A stretch of 64,000 nt of DNA from an uncultured cyanobacterium (GTDB lineage: Bacteria; Cyanobacteriota; Cyanobacteriia; Cyanobacteriales; CAWCAG01): assembly GCA_963793425.1 (NCBI GenBank), contig CAWCAG010000007.1:1157397-1221396 (forward strand), in the 5' to 3' direction. Numbering within the stretch: position 1 is the stretch's first letter; each line of letters opens with the position of its first letter. Under the pieces are notes generated by a model. It searched no databases, was not told where the DNA came from, and saw only the letters and a list, made by a program, of their open reading frames with translations. Below, in pieces: positions 1 to 10,809 of this stretch. The position numbers were made by a program, and so were the translations under genes.

Positions 1-333
1 GTCTTAGTTAACGCGAATTTAAGCGGTGTTTATCTAAGGGAAGCCATTTTAAGGGAAGCTGTTTTGAGTAATGTCAACTTAGTCGGAGCGAATTTAGTAG
101 AAGCGAGTGTAACATCTGCTCAGTTAATCAACGCCGATTTAACTTATACTGATTTAACATCTGCTGATTTTAGCTATGCTAACTTAGAAAAGGCTAATCT
201 TAGTTACGCTAATCTCAAAAGCACTAACTTTAATCAAGCTTTTTTAGGAGAGGTTAACTTCACCAATGCTGAACTAGCTGAAGCAAAATTTAAAGGAGCA
301 ATAGGTTTAGACCGTCGGAGTATTTTTAGATAA
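1..333 (+). CDS. Pentapeptide repeat protein (5' part lies outside the window)
   Basis: Frame open from base 1; continuous A(N/D)L-x-x pentapeptide repeats (ANLSG, ANLVE, ADLTY, ANLEK, ANLSY). Confidence 0.9.
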   Translation, partial: VLVNANLSGVYLREAILREAVLSNVNLVGANLVEASVTSAQLINADLTYTDLTSADFSYANLEKANLSYANLKSTNFNQAFLGEVNFTNAELAEAKFKGAIGLDRRSIFR

Positions 334-416
334 TTGTTAGACCCAAAGACTTTAATTCTCTTTCTAATCTATTGAAATTGATTTTGTGGTAACTAATCAT
401 TGAACCGAAATTCCCC

Positions 417-872
417 ATGTTGGCAATTTTAAGGAAAATTACAAGTATGTTTCGTAAATCTCCCCCTCCCCCCCAACAAAGTTCACTATTCACTTGCTTA
501 AGCAAAACTAGCGAAATTAGTGGTAGTTTACACGCGGAAGGTTTCTTGCACGTTGATGGGGTAATTCACGGTACTGTGGAAGTGCAAGGTGATATAGAAA
601 TTTCTGAAACAGGGTTAATAGAAGGGCCAGAAGTTCACGGCCGAAATATAATCTTAAGAGGGGTAATTAAAGCCCGTGTAGTTGCTGAACAAAAGTTGGT
701 TTTGAGTAGGACAGCCCGTTTAGAAGGAGATGTTATTGCCGGGGCATTAGAAATTGAAGAAGGCGCTCTTTATACAGGTTACATTAAAACGGGGGATACT
801 AAAGAACTTCCCGGCGCTCAAGAATTTCCTGAATTACCAGCAAGTGTAGGAGAACAAAACTTTTCGGTGTAA
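417..872 (+). CDS. Bactofilin / polymer-forming cytoskeletal protein (DUF583); start may be ATG at 448
   Basis: Beta-helix pattern ISGSLHAEGFLHVDGVIHGTV...LEGDVIAGALEIEEGALYTG. Confidence 0.9.
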   Translation: MLAILRKITSMFRKSPPPPQQSSLFTCLSKTSEISGSLHAEGFLHVDGVIHGTVEVQGDIEISETGLIEGPEVHGRNIILRGVIKARVVAEQKLVLSRTARLEGDVIAGALEIEEGALYTGYIKTGDTKELPGAQEFPELPASVGEQNFSV

Positions 873-959
873 TGAAGCAAACAGGTTGCATCTTTATTTC
901 AAGCACCTTTGATTTTACTATTTGTTGCTCTTATTTCTCAACCCCCACTTTTCTTTTTT

Positions 960-1196
960 ATGGAAGCTTTTAGCCCAAAACCGCCTCAATGGACAGAAAC
1001 AGCGATCCATGCTTTAAAGTTTGAATGTCCTTGCTGTCACGAAACAGCAACAGAAGCCCAGAAGGTTTGGCTAAATCGGCGTGCGCCTGTAAGTATGGAA
1101 GATTATCGCCGTAAATGGCAAACGTTTTATCTGTGTAAATGTAGCCAAGCTTGGTGGGCTTGGAGTTGCGATCGCCCTCCTTCTGACTTAGAATGA
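960..1196 (+). CDS. Small hypothetical Cys/Trp-rich (zinc-ribbon-like) protein
   Basis: ATG at 960 (MEAFSPKPPQWT); CPCC and CKC motifs, WWAWS. Confidence 0.65.
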   Translation: MEAFSPKPPQWTETAIHALKFECPCCHETATEAQKVWLNRRAPVSMEDYRRKWQTFYLCKCSQAWWAWSCDRPPSDLE

Positions 1197-1209
1197 TTAA
1201 CCCTAAACC

Positions 1210-2082
1210 CTACACTTGCTTAAGCAACCAAAACCCAGCAAAAGATTCTGACTCAGCCTTAGATTGAATAGCCAGGAAGTGAATACCTTTAGCCTGTGCT
1301 TTAGTTACCTCAAATCCTTGTGCTTCCGCTATGGTTTGACCATCTGTTAAATTAGCCAGAATCCAACTATCACTTAAGCCAGTTTCTAACAGTAACTTCG
1401 CTTTTTCTTCCCCATCAAATCGCAAAAAAGCCATCTCTAAACCCGACAGCCAACCAGCGAAGGGTAAGGCACGGGGGGAGAAAATAATTAAGCCAGGAAT
1501 TTTAGTTTCAGGGTTAATTTCCATGGCAGTGAGGGGCAAATTTTCTCCAAAAGCAATGTCCCATTCTGCCATATCTTGGAAACTACCTGCTTCTAAGGTA
1601 ACAAAAGCCCACTTATCTCCTTTGTCGCCGCGAGTAGCATCAGGTAAGGGGCTGGGGGTTTGGTCAGGATACTGCACTGCTGCGGTATTCGCCAATGCAG
1701 GAGCAAAGCCCGGTTGAGTGGGGTAAAATTCCTCCAGGCGCTTTTCTAGCAACTGTTGCAACCCGTAGGTACGACGGCTAGGAACAGCGATAATACCGAT
1801 TTCTTCTGCTGCTTTAACAATCATATTATTCATTTGGCGACGGAAGAAGCGAATCTTTTTGGGTGTTGCTGTTGAAGAGGCGATCGCTTCTTCTATAGCT
1901 TCTCGTAACCAAATTGAATTGACGGTTTTATTACTACAAAATTTTGAGTATTGAAAGAGTTCTTCCGGGGAACTATCAATGCTACCAGGGCTTTCACAAA
2001 TAAGCACTTCCCAAAGCTTTTTTTGCTGCTCATCTAGTATCGGTCGAGAATAAAAGTCTAATTCCCAAATCTGATTTTCCAT
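1210..2082 (-). CDS. Tab2/Atab2 family RNA-binding protein (DUF1092)
   Basis: WELDFYSRPILDE..KKLWEVLIC N-terminus and FAGFWLL C-terminus typical of Tab2. Confidence 0.9.
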   Translation of the reverse strand: MENQIWELDFYSRPILDEQQKKLWEVLICESPGSIDSSPEELFQYSKFCSNKTVNSIWLREAIEEAIASSTATPKKIRFFRRQMNNMIVKAAEEIGIIAVPSRRTYGLQQLLEKRLEEFYPTQPGFAPALANTAAVQYPDQTPSPLPDATRGDKGDKWAFVTLEAGSFQDMAEWDIAFGENLPLTAMEINPETKIPGLIIFSPRALPFAGWLSGLEMAFLRFDGEEKAKLLLETGLSDSWILANLTDGQTIAEAQGFEVTKAQAKGIHFLAIQSKAESESFAGFWLLKQV

Positions 2083-2109
2083 CTTCTCCCTTTTCCCTTT
2101 CAATACCCT

Positions 2110-3486
2110 CTAACTTACCAGAAAATAAGTCTTCATCTGCCCCATACCTTTAATATAAACTTGACCACGCTCTTTTAATAAATATTGATCTTGTAAAAGT
2201 TGGTAAGTTACTTCGCTCACTTGAATTTTACCTGGTAAGCTATGGGATTCCATACGACTAGCAATATTCACTGTATCTCCCCACAAATCGTAACTAAACT
2301 TTTTCTTACCTATAACTCCTGCAACTACTGGCCCTGTATGGATGCCAATGCGAAGGGAGAAGTCATTTTGGGTTCTAATACTTACTTGAGAAATAGCTGC
2401 TTGCATATCTAAAGCCATTTGAGCAATAGAATTGGCATGATCATCTCTTGGTAAGGGTAAGCCTCCTACAACCATGTAAGCATCACCAATAGTTTTGATT
2501 TTTTCTAAATTATGCTTTCCTATCAATTGGTCAAATTCTGAGAAGATTAGATTAAGAATTTCTACTAATTTAGAAGGGGTAATACTAGCTGCTATTTTCG
2601 TGAAACCTACAATATCAGCAAATAGAACCGTCACTTCTGCGAAGTTTTCAGCAATGGTAGATTTTTGGGCTTTTAGTTGTTCAGCAATACTTGATGGCAA
2701 GATATTTAGTAATAGCTTCTCTGCTTTTTCTTGTTCGATGCGTAAGGCTTTTTCTACTCGCAATCTTTCTGTTATATCCCGACCAATATAAATTTTATCT
2801 TCTTCAAAGTTCTGGTTCTTTGAGCTATTATCTAGATATTTTTTAATAATAGAGCAAGAGAAAGATACAGGAATGCGTTGTCCTGATTTTTTCAAACAGA
2901 GAGTTTCTACATCTTGAAATAGGTTACTAGATAGAGCAAGAGAGTTTTTATTCACTCTACAGAGGAAATCGTTGTTAATAATAATATTAGAAATATGTTG
3001 GCCAATCAACTCTAATTCTGTATAACCTAAAAGGTCTTTAGCTGCTTGATTAACTGCCTTAATCACTCCTGCTTCATCAGTCACAAGCAAAGCATCAGCT
3101 AAAGAATCTACAAGCCTATCAATGTAAGCTTTAGAGGCAGTTAAAGCATTGAGTAAAAGACTTGTTTCGTTACTTGCTTGTACTAACGACTGTTCCAACA
3201 ACATTCTTGGAGTAACATCTTCAAAAAAGACAACTAACTCTCCATCACTTTTTGGATCACTATTCTTTAAAACAGATAAATCAAAATAAAAATCTGTCCT
3301 GTTTTCTTTAATCCTGCTTATGCCTTGAAGCTGAAAATGAGCTTGCTTCCCTGCCATAATCTCTGTCAAAATTTCTTCAGTTCCAATTAGTTCAGGGAAG
3401 TATTCTTCCACAGATTTTTGTAACTGCACTTCAGTCAATCCTTCAGAAAAATTATCTATACCTGGGGAAATTTCCTGAATTTTCAA
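2110..3486 (-). CDS. PAS-domain class III adenylate/guanylate cyclase (start uncertain)
   Basis: PAS region, then VTVLFADIVGFT, KIKTIGDAYM, YDLWGDTVNIASRMES. Confidence 0.92.
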   Translation of the reverse strand: MKIQEISPGIDNFSEGLTEVQLQKSVEEYFPELIGTEEILTEIMAGKQAHFQLQGISRIKENRTDFYFDLSVLKNSDPKSDGELVVFFEDVTPRMLLEQSLVQASNETSLLLNALTASKAYIDRLVDSLADALLVTDEAGVIKAVNQAAKDLLGYTELELIGQHISNIIINNDFLCRVNKNSLALSSNLFQDVETLCLKKSGQRIPVSFSCSIIKKYLDNSSKNQNFEEDKIYIGRDITERLRVEKALRIEQEKAEKLLLNILPSSIAEQLKAQKSTIAENFAEVTVLFADIVGFTKIAASITPSKLVEILNLIFSEFDQLIGKHNLEKIKTIGDAYMVVGGLPLPRDDHANSIAQMALDMQAAISQVSIRTQNDFSLRIGIHTGPVVAGVIGKKKFSYDLWGDTVNIASRMESHSLPGKIQVSEVTYQLLQDQYLLKERGQVYIKGMGQMKTYFLVS

Positions 3487-3573
3487 GGCAGAATTAATTT
3501 TTACATGAGTCTCGTTAGCTCTAAAATGTTACGTAGCAGTTAAACTGTTCAAAAGTGGCTTACTTAAATATTT

Positions 3574-4665
3574 ATGTCCCAAAGGCGCGTTATCGTCTCC
3601 ACCTCTACTTTAATCGTAACTGTAGTAATAGGACTACTCCTGGTACTGCTATGGCAACTCAGAAGCTTATTAGTAGTGTTGATGATTGCTTTAGTTTTGG
3701 CTGCGGCATTAGCACCAATTATTGAGCGAGCAGAAAAGCTAAACATCCCTCGCTGGCTAGCTGTTTTACTAGTTTATTTAGGCTTAATTGCTGGTTTAAC
3801 TGGGGTTGGTGTTTTAATTGGTCCTGCTGTAGTAGAACAAATTCAAAGTCTTTTCCGCAGATTACCAGCTTATTTAGCTGTTTTAGAAGCTTTAGCTGAT
3901 GGGTTAGAAAAGCGTTTAGGATTAACGGACTCTTTTCTCGGAGATTTATTTGATACCCAAACTGTTCTCAATTGGTTTATTGGTTCTAGTCAGCAATTAT
4001 TAGTCCGTTCCTATGGCGTAACTAGGGGAATTATTGGTGGTGCAATTAATCTTTTTTTAGTCTTACTAATTTCTGGTTATATGTTATTAGGAGCCAATAA
4101 ATTAATTGATAGTTTAGTTAGCCTCTTTCCTCACCCTTGGAACAGACGATTAAAAGCCCAAGTTACCCCTGTTAGCCAACGTATGGGAGGTTACATTCAA
4201 GGAAGAGTATTAGTTTCGATAATTTTGGGTATTGCTGTTAGTATCGGCTTAAGTATTTTGGGGCTTTCTGAATTTGCTTTAGGCTTAAGTGCGATCGCCG
4301 CTATGACAAACTTAATTCCTTTCTTTGGTCCAATTTTAGGAGCAATTCCGGCTTTAATTGTAGCTATTGGTCAAGGTGGATGGCTCTTTTTATGGGTTTT
4401 ATTACTATTTTTAATTATCCAAAACCTAGAAACTTATCTTCTCGATCCTCTTTTGGTGGGTAATAGTGTTAAGGTTTATCCCCTTTACCAACTTTTAGCT
4501 GTTTTAGGAGGGGTACAAGTTCTTGGCATCGTCGGGGCAGTAATTGTTCCTCCTTGGGTAGCGGGTGCTTCGGTATTGCTGACTAATCTTTACCTAAAAC
4601 CAAAAAAGATTTCTGAACAACAGATGAATAAACTTGATGAGTTAGAAATTATCAATGATTCATGA
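3574..4665 (+). CDS. AI-2E family transporter
   Basis: Multi-TM 363 aa; LIPFFGPILGAIP and QNLETYLLDPLLVG motifs. Confidence 0.88.
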   Translation: MSQRRVIVSTSTLIVTVVIGLLLVLLWQLRSLLVVLMIALVLAAALAPIIERAEKLNIPRWLAVLLVYLGLIAGLTGVGVLIGPAVVEQIQSLFRRLPAYLAVLEALADGLEKRLGLTDSFLGDLFDTQTVLNWFIGSSQQLLVRSYGVTRGIIGGAINLFLVLLISGYMLLGANKLIDSLVSLFPHPWNRRLKAQVTPVSQRMGGYIQGRVLVSIILGIAVSIGLSILGLSEFALGLSAIAAMTNLIPFFGPILGAIPALIVAIGQGGWLFLWVLLLFLIIQNLETYLLDPLLVGNSVKVYPLYQLLAVLGGVQVLGIVGAVIVPPWVAGASVLLTNLYLKPKKISEQQMNKLDELEIINDS

Positions 4666-4694
4666 AAGAGAAGATGATCAAGAAAACTGCTCAA

Positions 4695-5078
4695 TTAACT
4701 TCTATTTGATCTCCTTAAATCTGGCTGTTGAGCTAAAATAACAATAATTCCACTTCTACCGCTTTCTAACTCCGTATCCATTAATAAATCAACCACTTTT
4801 ACCCCGACAATTTCTTCAATAAGTTCTCTTAAATCTTCTTCAACGGCCTTGTCTAAATCTGAACGCACCTGTTCAGTTAAATGATTTTTCCCTTGATCTA
4901 CAAGTAGTTGTTCGGGTTGAGTCAGGGCCTCATCAATGATAATGGTAATCTTCTCTTTCAAAAGATGACAGGCTACTTTCTCAGGTTTACTACCAACTTT
5001 ATCGCGGTATAGTTTCTGAATTTGCTGAGAAAGATTTCTTTCTAGTTGCCCACTTGTGGGTAAGGTTTTATCTGGCAT
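4695..5078 (-). CDS. DUF2294 (MpsC-like) domain protein
   Basis: TSGQLERNLSQQIQKLYR..G.KP and LTQPEQLL motifs. Confidence 0.8.
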   Translation of the reverse strand: MPDKTLPTSGQLERNLSQQIQKLYRDKVGSKPEKVACHLLKEKITIIIDEALTQPEQLLVDQGKNHLTEQVRSDLDKAVEEDLRELIEEIVGVKVVDLLMDTELESGRSGIIVILAQQPDLRRSNRS

Positions 5079-5196
5079 GAGTAATTTAATAGAGATTAGG
5101 GTTATCAATATACAACAGACAAACCAATAGATGCCTAAATAGAGTAGATTCTTGGCATTATATTTATATTTAACTACTTCGGCAATACAGACAAAA

Positions 5197-6402
5197 ATGG
5201 CATCTCATTCTCAACGACCTAAAAAATCTGATGTTGTACTAGGAGGGCAAAAATCTTTGTATTCTCACCATGCAGCAGTTTTAGGTGGTTTATCAGGGGT
5301 TAAGCATCGCTTTAATAGTCATGTAGCTAGCCAAAGAATGGGTGCGGTTACTGAAGCCGTAAATTATGGCCAAGCAGGATTTTCTTTAGTCTTGAAAGCC
5401 CTTCAAGATGACCATTGGCTTGTACGTTATGTTGCTTATTTGCTACTACCAAAATTAGAAGTAGCAAACTTAAAAGACCTTTTAGTTGATCATAATCCTT
5501 TTCAAAAGTTTAACTGCTTATACCGCTATTCTACAGCCCCTTCAACCGCTTATGCCTTAGCTATGAGTCCTGATGGACAATTCCTCGCTAGCGGCGGTAG
5601 TGACCGGAATATTCAAGTGCGATCGCTGACTAATGGCAAAGTAATTCGTACTTTAGCAGGACATTGGAATTCTGTATCTAGTTTGGTTTTTCACCCTCAC
5701 AAAGAGGTACTAGTTAGTGGTAGCTGGGATGGTACGGTTAAGGTATGGCGCAAAGAAGCATTAATTAGAAATTTCATAGGACACGAAACTAAAATTAATG
5801 TTGTCACCATTAGTCCTGATGGCCAACTTATTGGTAGTGCATCTCAAGACGGTAAGATCAAAATTTGGCAGATTAATCAACTTAAAGCAATTTATAGTTG
5901 GCAAGCCCATGAAAATTGGGTTAATTCCTTAATTTTTACCCCTGATGGTAAGAGTTTAATTAGTTGTAGCTCTGATTGTACAATTAAGGTTTGGGATGTA
6001 CAAACCAAAAACCTGACTTACATAATTACTCAATCTGATTGGGTCAAATGTCTGGCCCTTAGTTGCGATGGTAAATTTCTGGCTAGTGGTAGTCAAGACA
6101 AAACTATTTCTCTTTTTGATTTCCATACCAAAGAATTGTTGCATACCCTCAAAGGACATTGGGGAGAAATTAATAGTCTCGCTATTAGCCAAGAAGGACA
6201 AACCTTAGTAAGCGGTAGTTGGGATGAAACTATTAATATTTGGCACATACCAACAGGAGTCTGTTTACATAGTTTAACGGGTCATCAAAGACCGGTTTTC
6301 TCTTTGGTACTGAATCGGGATCTAAAAAGAATTGTTCCCACAAAAATTTTTAGCACCAGTAAAGATAAGACAATCAGAGTTTGGGGGGGGATAGATTTTT
6401 AA
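5197..6402 (+). CDS. WD40 repeat protein with N-terminal HEAT-like segment
   Basis: About 7 GH...SGSxDxTIKxW repeats. Confidence 0.92.
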   Translation: MASHSQRPKKSDVVLGGQKSLYSHHAAVLGGLSGVKHRFNSHVASQRMGAVTEAVNYGQAGFSLVLKALQDDHWLVRYVAYLLLPKLEVANLKDLLVDHNPFQKFNCLYRYSTAPSTAYALAMSPDGQFLASGGSDRNIQVRSLTNGKVIRTLAGHWNSVSSLVFHPHKEVLVSGSWDGTVKVWRKEALIRNFIGHETKINVVTISPDGQLIGSASQDGKIKIWQINQLKAIYSWQAHENWVNSLIFTPDGKSLISCSSDCTIKVWDVQTKNLTYIITQSDWVKCLALSCDGKFLASGSQDKTISLFDFHTKELLHTLKGHWGEINSLAISQEGQTLVSGSWDETINIWHIPTGVCLHSLTGHQRPVFSLVLNRDLKRIVPTKIFSTSKDKTIRVWGGIDF

Positions 6403-6464
6403 TTTAACAATCACCTTATATAGCCTTTCTCGGACTCACGAGGTACATTTTATTTTCATATTTC

Positions 6465-6492
6465 CCACTAGCCACTAGCCACTAGCCACTAG
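6465..6492. repeat. Heptamer tandem repeat (CCACTAG)x4, STRR-like
   Basis: Seen directly between two convergent genes. Confidence 0.9.
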
Positions 6493-6537
6493 CAAAAACC
6501 AAAATCTAAGCTGTAGCTGACGCTTACTCTTGTATTG

Positions 6538-7836
6538 CTACAATACTCGGACAATACTCGGTACACTATTAATCGCTGCTAAAGCTTGAATCTCTGCCAT
6601 AGCTTGTCTAAAGTTCCCTTCCTTAACATCGTGGGTAACCACCACAATTTCTGCTAACTTATTTTGAAAACCGATTTGGACAATAGATTCTAAACTAACT
6701 TCGTGGTTGCCGAAGCAAGTTCCTAAATGGCCAATTACACCAGGGCTATCTTCAGTGAGAAAACGCACATAAAAGCGAGTAACTAGTTCTTCTATGGCAG
6801 TAACAGTGAAGTATTCTTGGTGAGAACAACTAAAGAGAGGATGGTTTTGTTTGGTTTGATTGCCACTATTTTTTAAGGTTGCTACAATATTAAGGATATC
6901 CGACACTACAGCACTTGCCGTTGCACCCGCCCCTGCACCAGGTCCAAAGAACATTACTTGTCCTAAAGGTTCCCCAGCCACTAAAATAGCATTGTAAACA
7001 TCGTTGATGCTAGCTAAGGGATGGTCTTTTGGTAAAAAGGTAGGATGTACCCGCACTTGAAGTTCTTTACTTTGGGTATTTTGTCTTTGGGCGATCGCTA
7101 GTAACTTAATCACAAAACCCAATTTATCTGCATAAGTAATATCCGCTGCACTACAACCGCGAATGCCTTCGCAATGTACCTGATCTAATTTGATTCGTCC
7201 TCCAAAAGCTAAGGAAGCTAAGATGGCAATTTTATCCGCTGCATCCAAACCATCTACATCCGCCGTGGGATCTGCTTCGGCATAGCCTAATTTTTGGGCA
7301 TCCGCTAAAACTTCAGCAAAGTCAGCCCCCTCTGCTGTCATGCGGGTAAGAATATAGTTGGTTGTACCGTTGACAATGCCAATAATACTACTAATGCGGT
7401 TAACCCCAAGGGATTGCTTCAAAGGTTGAATGACAGGAATTCCTCCCCCCACCGCAGCTTCTATAAACACATAAACCCCTGCTTGATTAGCAGCCGTGAA
7501 AATTTCATCACCATAACGGGAAATAACTGCTTTGTTAGCAGTGACAATATGTTTCCCTTTCGCTATAGCTTTGAGAATCAGCGATCGCGCTGGTTCTAAT
7601 CCCCCAATTAATTCAACTATAATATCTACATCAGGATCGCTAACAATAGCCTCCAAATCATCACTCATTATCTCTGGAGGCAACTGTACTTTCCTGGTTT
7701 TATCAAGGGATCGCACTCCACAAGCAGCAATTTTAATCTCTTTTAATAAAGAATGGCGACCATCAGGACTCAACAATATTTCTGCTGTCCCTGTACCCAC
7801 TGTCCCCAATCCTAATAAACCAACTTTAAAAGTCAC
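6538..7836 (-). CDS. hom: Homoserine dehydrogenase with C-terminal ACT domain
   Basis: GLGTVG Rossmann motif, VTANK, EAAVGGGIP, GIVNGTTNYIL, GYAEADP; GTG start at 7836. Confidence 0.95.
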   Translation of the reverse strand: MTFKVGLLGLGTVGTGTAEILLSPDGRHSLLKEIKIAACGVRSLDKTRKVQLPPEIMSDDLEAIVSDPDVDIIVELIGGLEPARSLILKAIAKGKHIVTANKAVISRYGDEIFTAANQAGVYVFIEAAVGGGIPVIQPLKQSLGVNRISSIIGIVNGTTNYILTRMTAEGADFAEVLADAQKLGYAEADPTADVDGLDAADKIAILASLAFGGRIKLDQVHCEGIRGCSAADITYADKLGFVIKLLAIAQRQNTQSKELQVRVHPTFLPKDHPLASINDVYNAILVAGEPLGQVMFFGPGAGAGATASAVVSDILNIVATLKNSGNQTKQNHPLFSCSHQEYFTVTAIEELVTRFYVRFLTEDSPGVIGHLGTCFGNHEVSLESIVQIGFQNKLAEIVVVTHDVKEGNFRQAMAEIQALAAINSVPSIVRVL

Positions 7837-8078
7837 AATAAATATCCATACTGATAACTTTTTTACTCTAATCCATATCAATGATCAATGATCATTGATG
7901 TCTACGACAACGGCAAAGCCGAACAATGATCAGTTGTCACTGTACGGCTTGCTGTTGCTGTTGTGCATTAATTGCCGAAGGCATCAATTGGCCATTAGCC
8001 ACTAGCAATTAGCAATTACCCCTAGTATTTCGGTATCCTGAAGAGTATGAGTTTCCTTATAGTCATGGCACTTTTTTT

Positions 8079-10253
8079 GTGATCTTTGCTAGCGTTTTTA
8101 TTGCCTTTTTGCTTCTTTTAGTCATCTATCTTGCCATTAAACTACGACGGCAGAACGTTACTATAACACAGTTTCAGAAATTAGCTGCTGATTGGGAAAT
8201 AGTGAGTTCACAAAAGAAAGATTTAGCCCTGAGAGAAAGTGAAGAACGCTTCCGGAACACTTTTGAACAAGCGGCTGTAGGTATTGCTCATGTCGGCTTG
8301 GATGGGCGATGGCTACGGGTTAATGAGAAAATGTGCCGTATTATCGGTTATAGTCGTGAGGAATTATTGTCGAAAACTTTTCAAGAGGTTACCTACCCAG
8401 ACGATTTAGCAGCAGATTTAGCTTATATGGAGCAAGTGTTAGGGGGAGAAAGTACCAACTACTCTTTAGAAAAACGCTACATTGGCAAAGATGGCTCAAT
8501 TATTTGGACTGATTTAACCGTCTCCCTCTTTCGGGATGTAACAGATGAGCCTAAGTATTTTATTTCTGTTGTTGAAGATATTAGCGATCGCATCGCCATC
8601 AGAAAAGCCCTAATTGAAAGTGAAGCGCGTCTGAGTCGGGCGATTATTAATGCCCCTTACCCGATTATCATCCATGCTGAAGACGGTACTGTTTTGCAAC
8701 TTAACCAAGCTTGGATGGAATTAACCGGTTATACCTTAGCTGATATCCCTACTATAGACAAATGGACAGAAAAAGCCTATGGTCAAAAACAAGAAACTGT
8801 ACAAACGACAATTAATCAACTCTACGACTTAAAAAAGAGAGTCAATGAAGGAGAGTTTACTATCAAGACAGCTAGGGGGAAAACTAGAGTCTGGGATTTT
8901 AGCTCTGCCCCTTTAGGTACATTACCAGATGGTAGGCGCATGGTAATTTCCATTGCCAAAGATGTTAGTAAGCGCAAGAAATTAGAAAAATCTCTACGGC
9001 AAACCATTACGCGGTTAGAAAGCTTACACCAACTTGATAAGGCTATTTTGGCAGCACAAAAACCTGCGGAGATAGCGGTTATTGCTATTGAGCGTATAAA
9101 GCAATTAATATCTTGTCAACGAATTACCATTGCAACTTTTAATCACGAAGCTCAAACTGCCACAATTCTTCTGACTAAAGGGGGTGGTGAAAATACAGCT
9201 GGGGTAGGCTCTCAGATTAATATTAATGTTTTTGCTGCAATTATTAAACAGTTTCAGGAAGGAGCAAGTTACGTTTCTGGGGATCTTTCCATCTTCTCCT
9301 CAAAAATAATGCCTAGCTTACAAGCTGAAGGACTCAACAAATTTATTAGCTTTCCTTTGCAAGTAGGAGATGAAACCTTGGGTATTCTCAAATTATGGTT
9401 AGAACAGCCAGAGAAGCTCACTTCTGAGCAGATAGACATTGCTAGTGAGGTAAGCAACCAAGTTGTGATCGCCCTTAACCAAGCCCGTTTATACCAGCAG
9501 ATCCATGATTACACAAACGAATTAGAACAGCGGGTTGCCCAACGTACTACTCAACTCGAAGAAGTTAACCAGGCATTACAGGCTTTTACTTACTCTGTAT
9601 CCCATGATCTTAGAGCGCCCCTACGCTCCTTGCAAGGCTTTGCCACTGCCATACTGGAAGATTATGGTAAAAGACTAGATGATGTAGGGCGAGAATACGC
9701 GCTTCGCCTAGTTAATTCTTCTCAACAATTAGATAAACTGATTCAAGATTTACTTGCTTATAGTCGCCTTAGTGACACTGAATTGCGCCTTTATAGGGTT
9801 GATCTCAATAGCGTTGTTTCCGAGGCGATCGCACCACTAAACAGAGAGATTCAAGCCAGACAAGCACAAATAATTATTGCAGAATCTTTACCAGAAATAA
9901 TTGGTAATCGTACTGTTTTGGTACAAGTTGTGAGTAACCTAATTAGCAATGGGATCAAGTTTGTCAAGGCTGACAAAAAACCGGTAATCAGAATTTGGGC
10001 TACCCAACACAACAACTCAGTTAGGCTTTGGGTAGCAGATAATGGTATTGGTATTGACCGAGAGCATCAAGAGCGAATCTTTCAAGTGTTTGAGCGCCTA
10101 CACAGCAATGAAACCTATCCCGGTACTGGAATTGGACTAGCTATTGTTCGTAGGGGTATGGAACGTCTGGGGGGAAGTTCTGGGGTAGAATCAACTCCAG
10201 GGGAAGGGAGTAGGTTTTGGCTCGAAACCTTACAAAACAATGAAGTAATCTAG
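8079..10253 (+). CDS. Membrane-anchored PAS-PAS-GAF sensor histidine kinase
   Basis: N-terminal TM, two PAS, GAF, H-box YSVSHDLRAPLR, GTGIGLAIV G2 box. Confidence 0.93.
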   Translation: MIFASVFIAFLLLLVIYLAIKLRRQNVTITQFQKLAADWEIVSSQKKDLALRESEERFRNTFEQAAVGIAHVGLDGRWLRVNEKMCRIIGYSREELLSKTFQEVTYPDDLAADLAYMEQVLGGESTNYSLEKRYIGKDGSIIWTDLTVSLFRDVTDEPKYFISVVEDISDRIAIRKALIESEARLSRAIINAPYPIIIHAEDGTVLQLNQAWMELTGYTLADIPTIDKWTEKAYGQKQETVQTTINQLYDLKKRVNEGEFTIKTARGKTRVWDFSSAPLGTLPDGRRMVISIAKDVSKRKKLEKSLRQTITRLESLHQLDKAILAAQKPAEIAVIAIERIKQLISCQRITIATFNHEAQTATILLTKGGGENTAGVGSQININVFAAIIKQFQEGASYVSGDLSIFSSKIMPSLQAEGLNKFISFPLQVGDETLGILKLWLEQPEKLTSEQIDIASEVSNQVVIALNQARLYQQIHDYTNELEQRVAQRTTQLEEVNQALQAFTYSVSHDLRAPLRSLQGFATAILEDYGKRLDDVGREYALRLVNSSQQLDKLIQDLLAYSRLSDTELRLYRVDLNSVVSEAIAPLNREIQARQAQIIIAESLPEIIGNRTVLVQVVSNLISNGIKFVKADKKPVIRIWATQHNNSVRLWVADNGIGIDREHQERIFQVFERLHSNETYPGTGIGLAIVRRGMERLGGSSGVESTPGEGSRFWLETLQNNEVI

Positions 10254-10330
10254 CATAGACTCGATTGTTGAGATAACCAGGAAATCTAGTTAATTCTTAA
10301 GCCAATAAAAAACCAAGACAGGAGAGAAAT

Positions 10331-10786
10331 TTGATGAGTGGTGAACAAGAAACAATCTTGCTGGTAGAGGATGACTCCAATGATATCATGCTCATCAAAA
10401 GAGCTTTTCATAAGGCTCAAATCAATGCCCGACTGGAAACGATTACTGATGGTGATCAAGCCGTTGCTTATTTGTCTCACCAACCACCCTATGATAATCG
10501 CGATCGCTATCCTCTTCCTGTACTAATTCTCCTCGATCTTAAACTGCCCCGTCGTTCTGGTTTGGAAGTCTTGGCTTGGTTGCGTCAACAGCCTGAGATT
10601 AAGCGTACACTGGTAATTGTCTTATCTTCTTCCAAAGAAAGCCCTGATATTGATAAAGCATATGATTTAGGAATCAACTCTTATTTAGTTAAGCCTGTGA
10701 CCTTTGAAGATTTAGTTGAACTAATGAATCAAGTTCACAAATACTGGTTTAATTTTAATCAAAGACCAAGACTCCTCAATAAATAA
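10331..10786 (+). CDS. Single-domain response regulator (Rcp1-like)
   Basis: ILLVEDD, LILLDLKLP, NSYLVKP; directly downstream of the kinase. Confidence 0.92.
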   Translation: MMSGEQETILLVEDDSNDIMLIKRAFHKAQINARLETITDGDQAVAYLSHQPPYDNRDRYPLPVLILLDLKLPRRSGLEVLAWLRQQPEIKRTLVIVLSSSKESPDIDKAYDLGINSYLVKPVTFEDLVELMNQVHKYWFNFNQRPRLLNK

Positions 10787-10809
10787 CAAACTGGCAGCTT
10801 ACTTTAATA

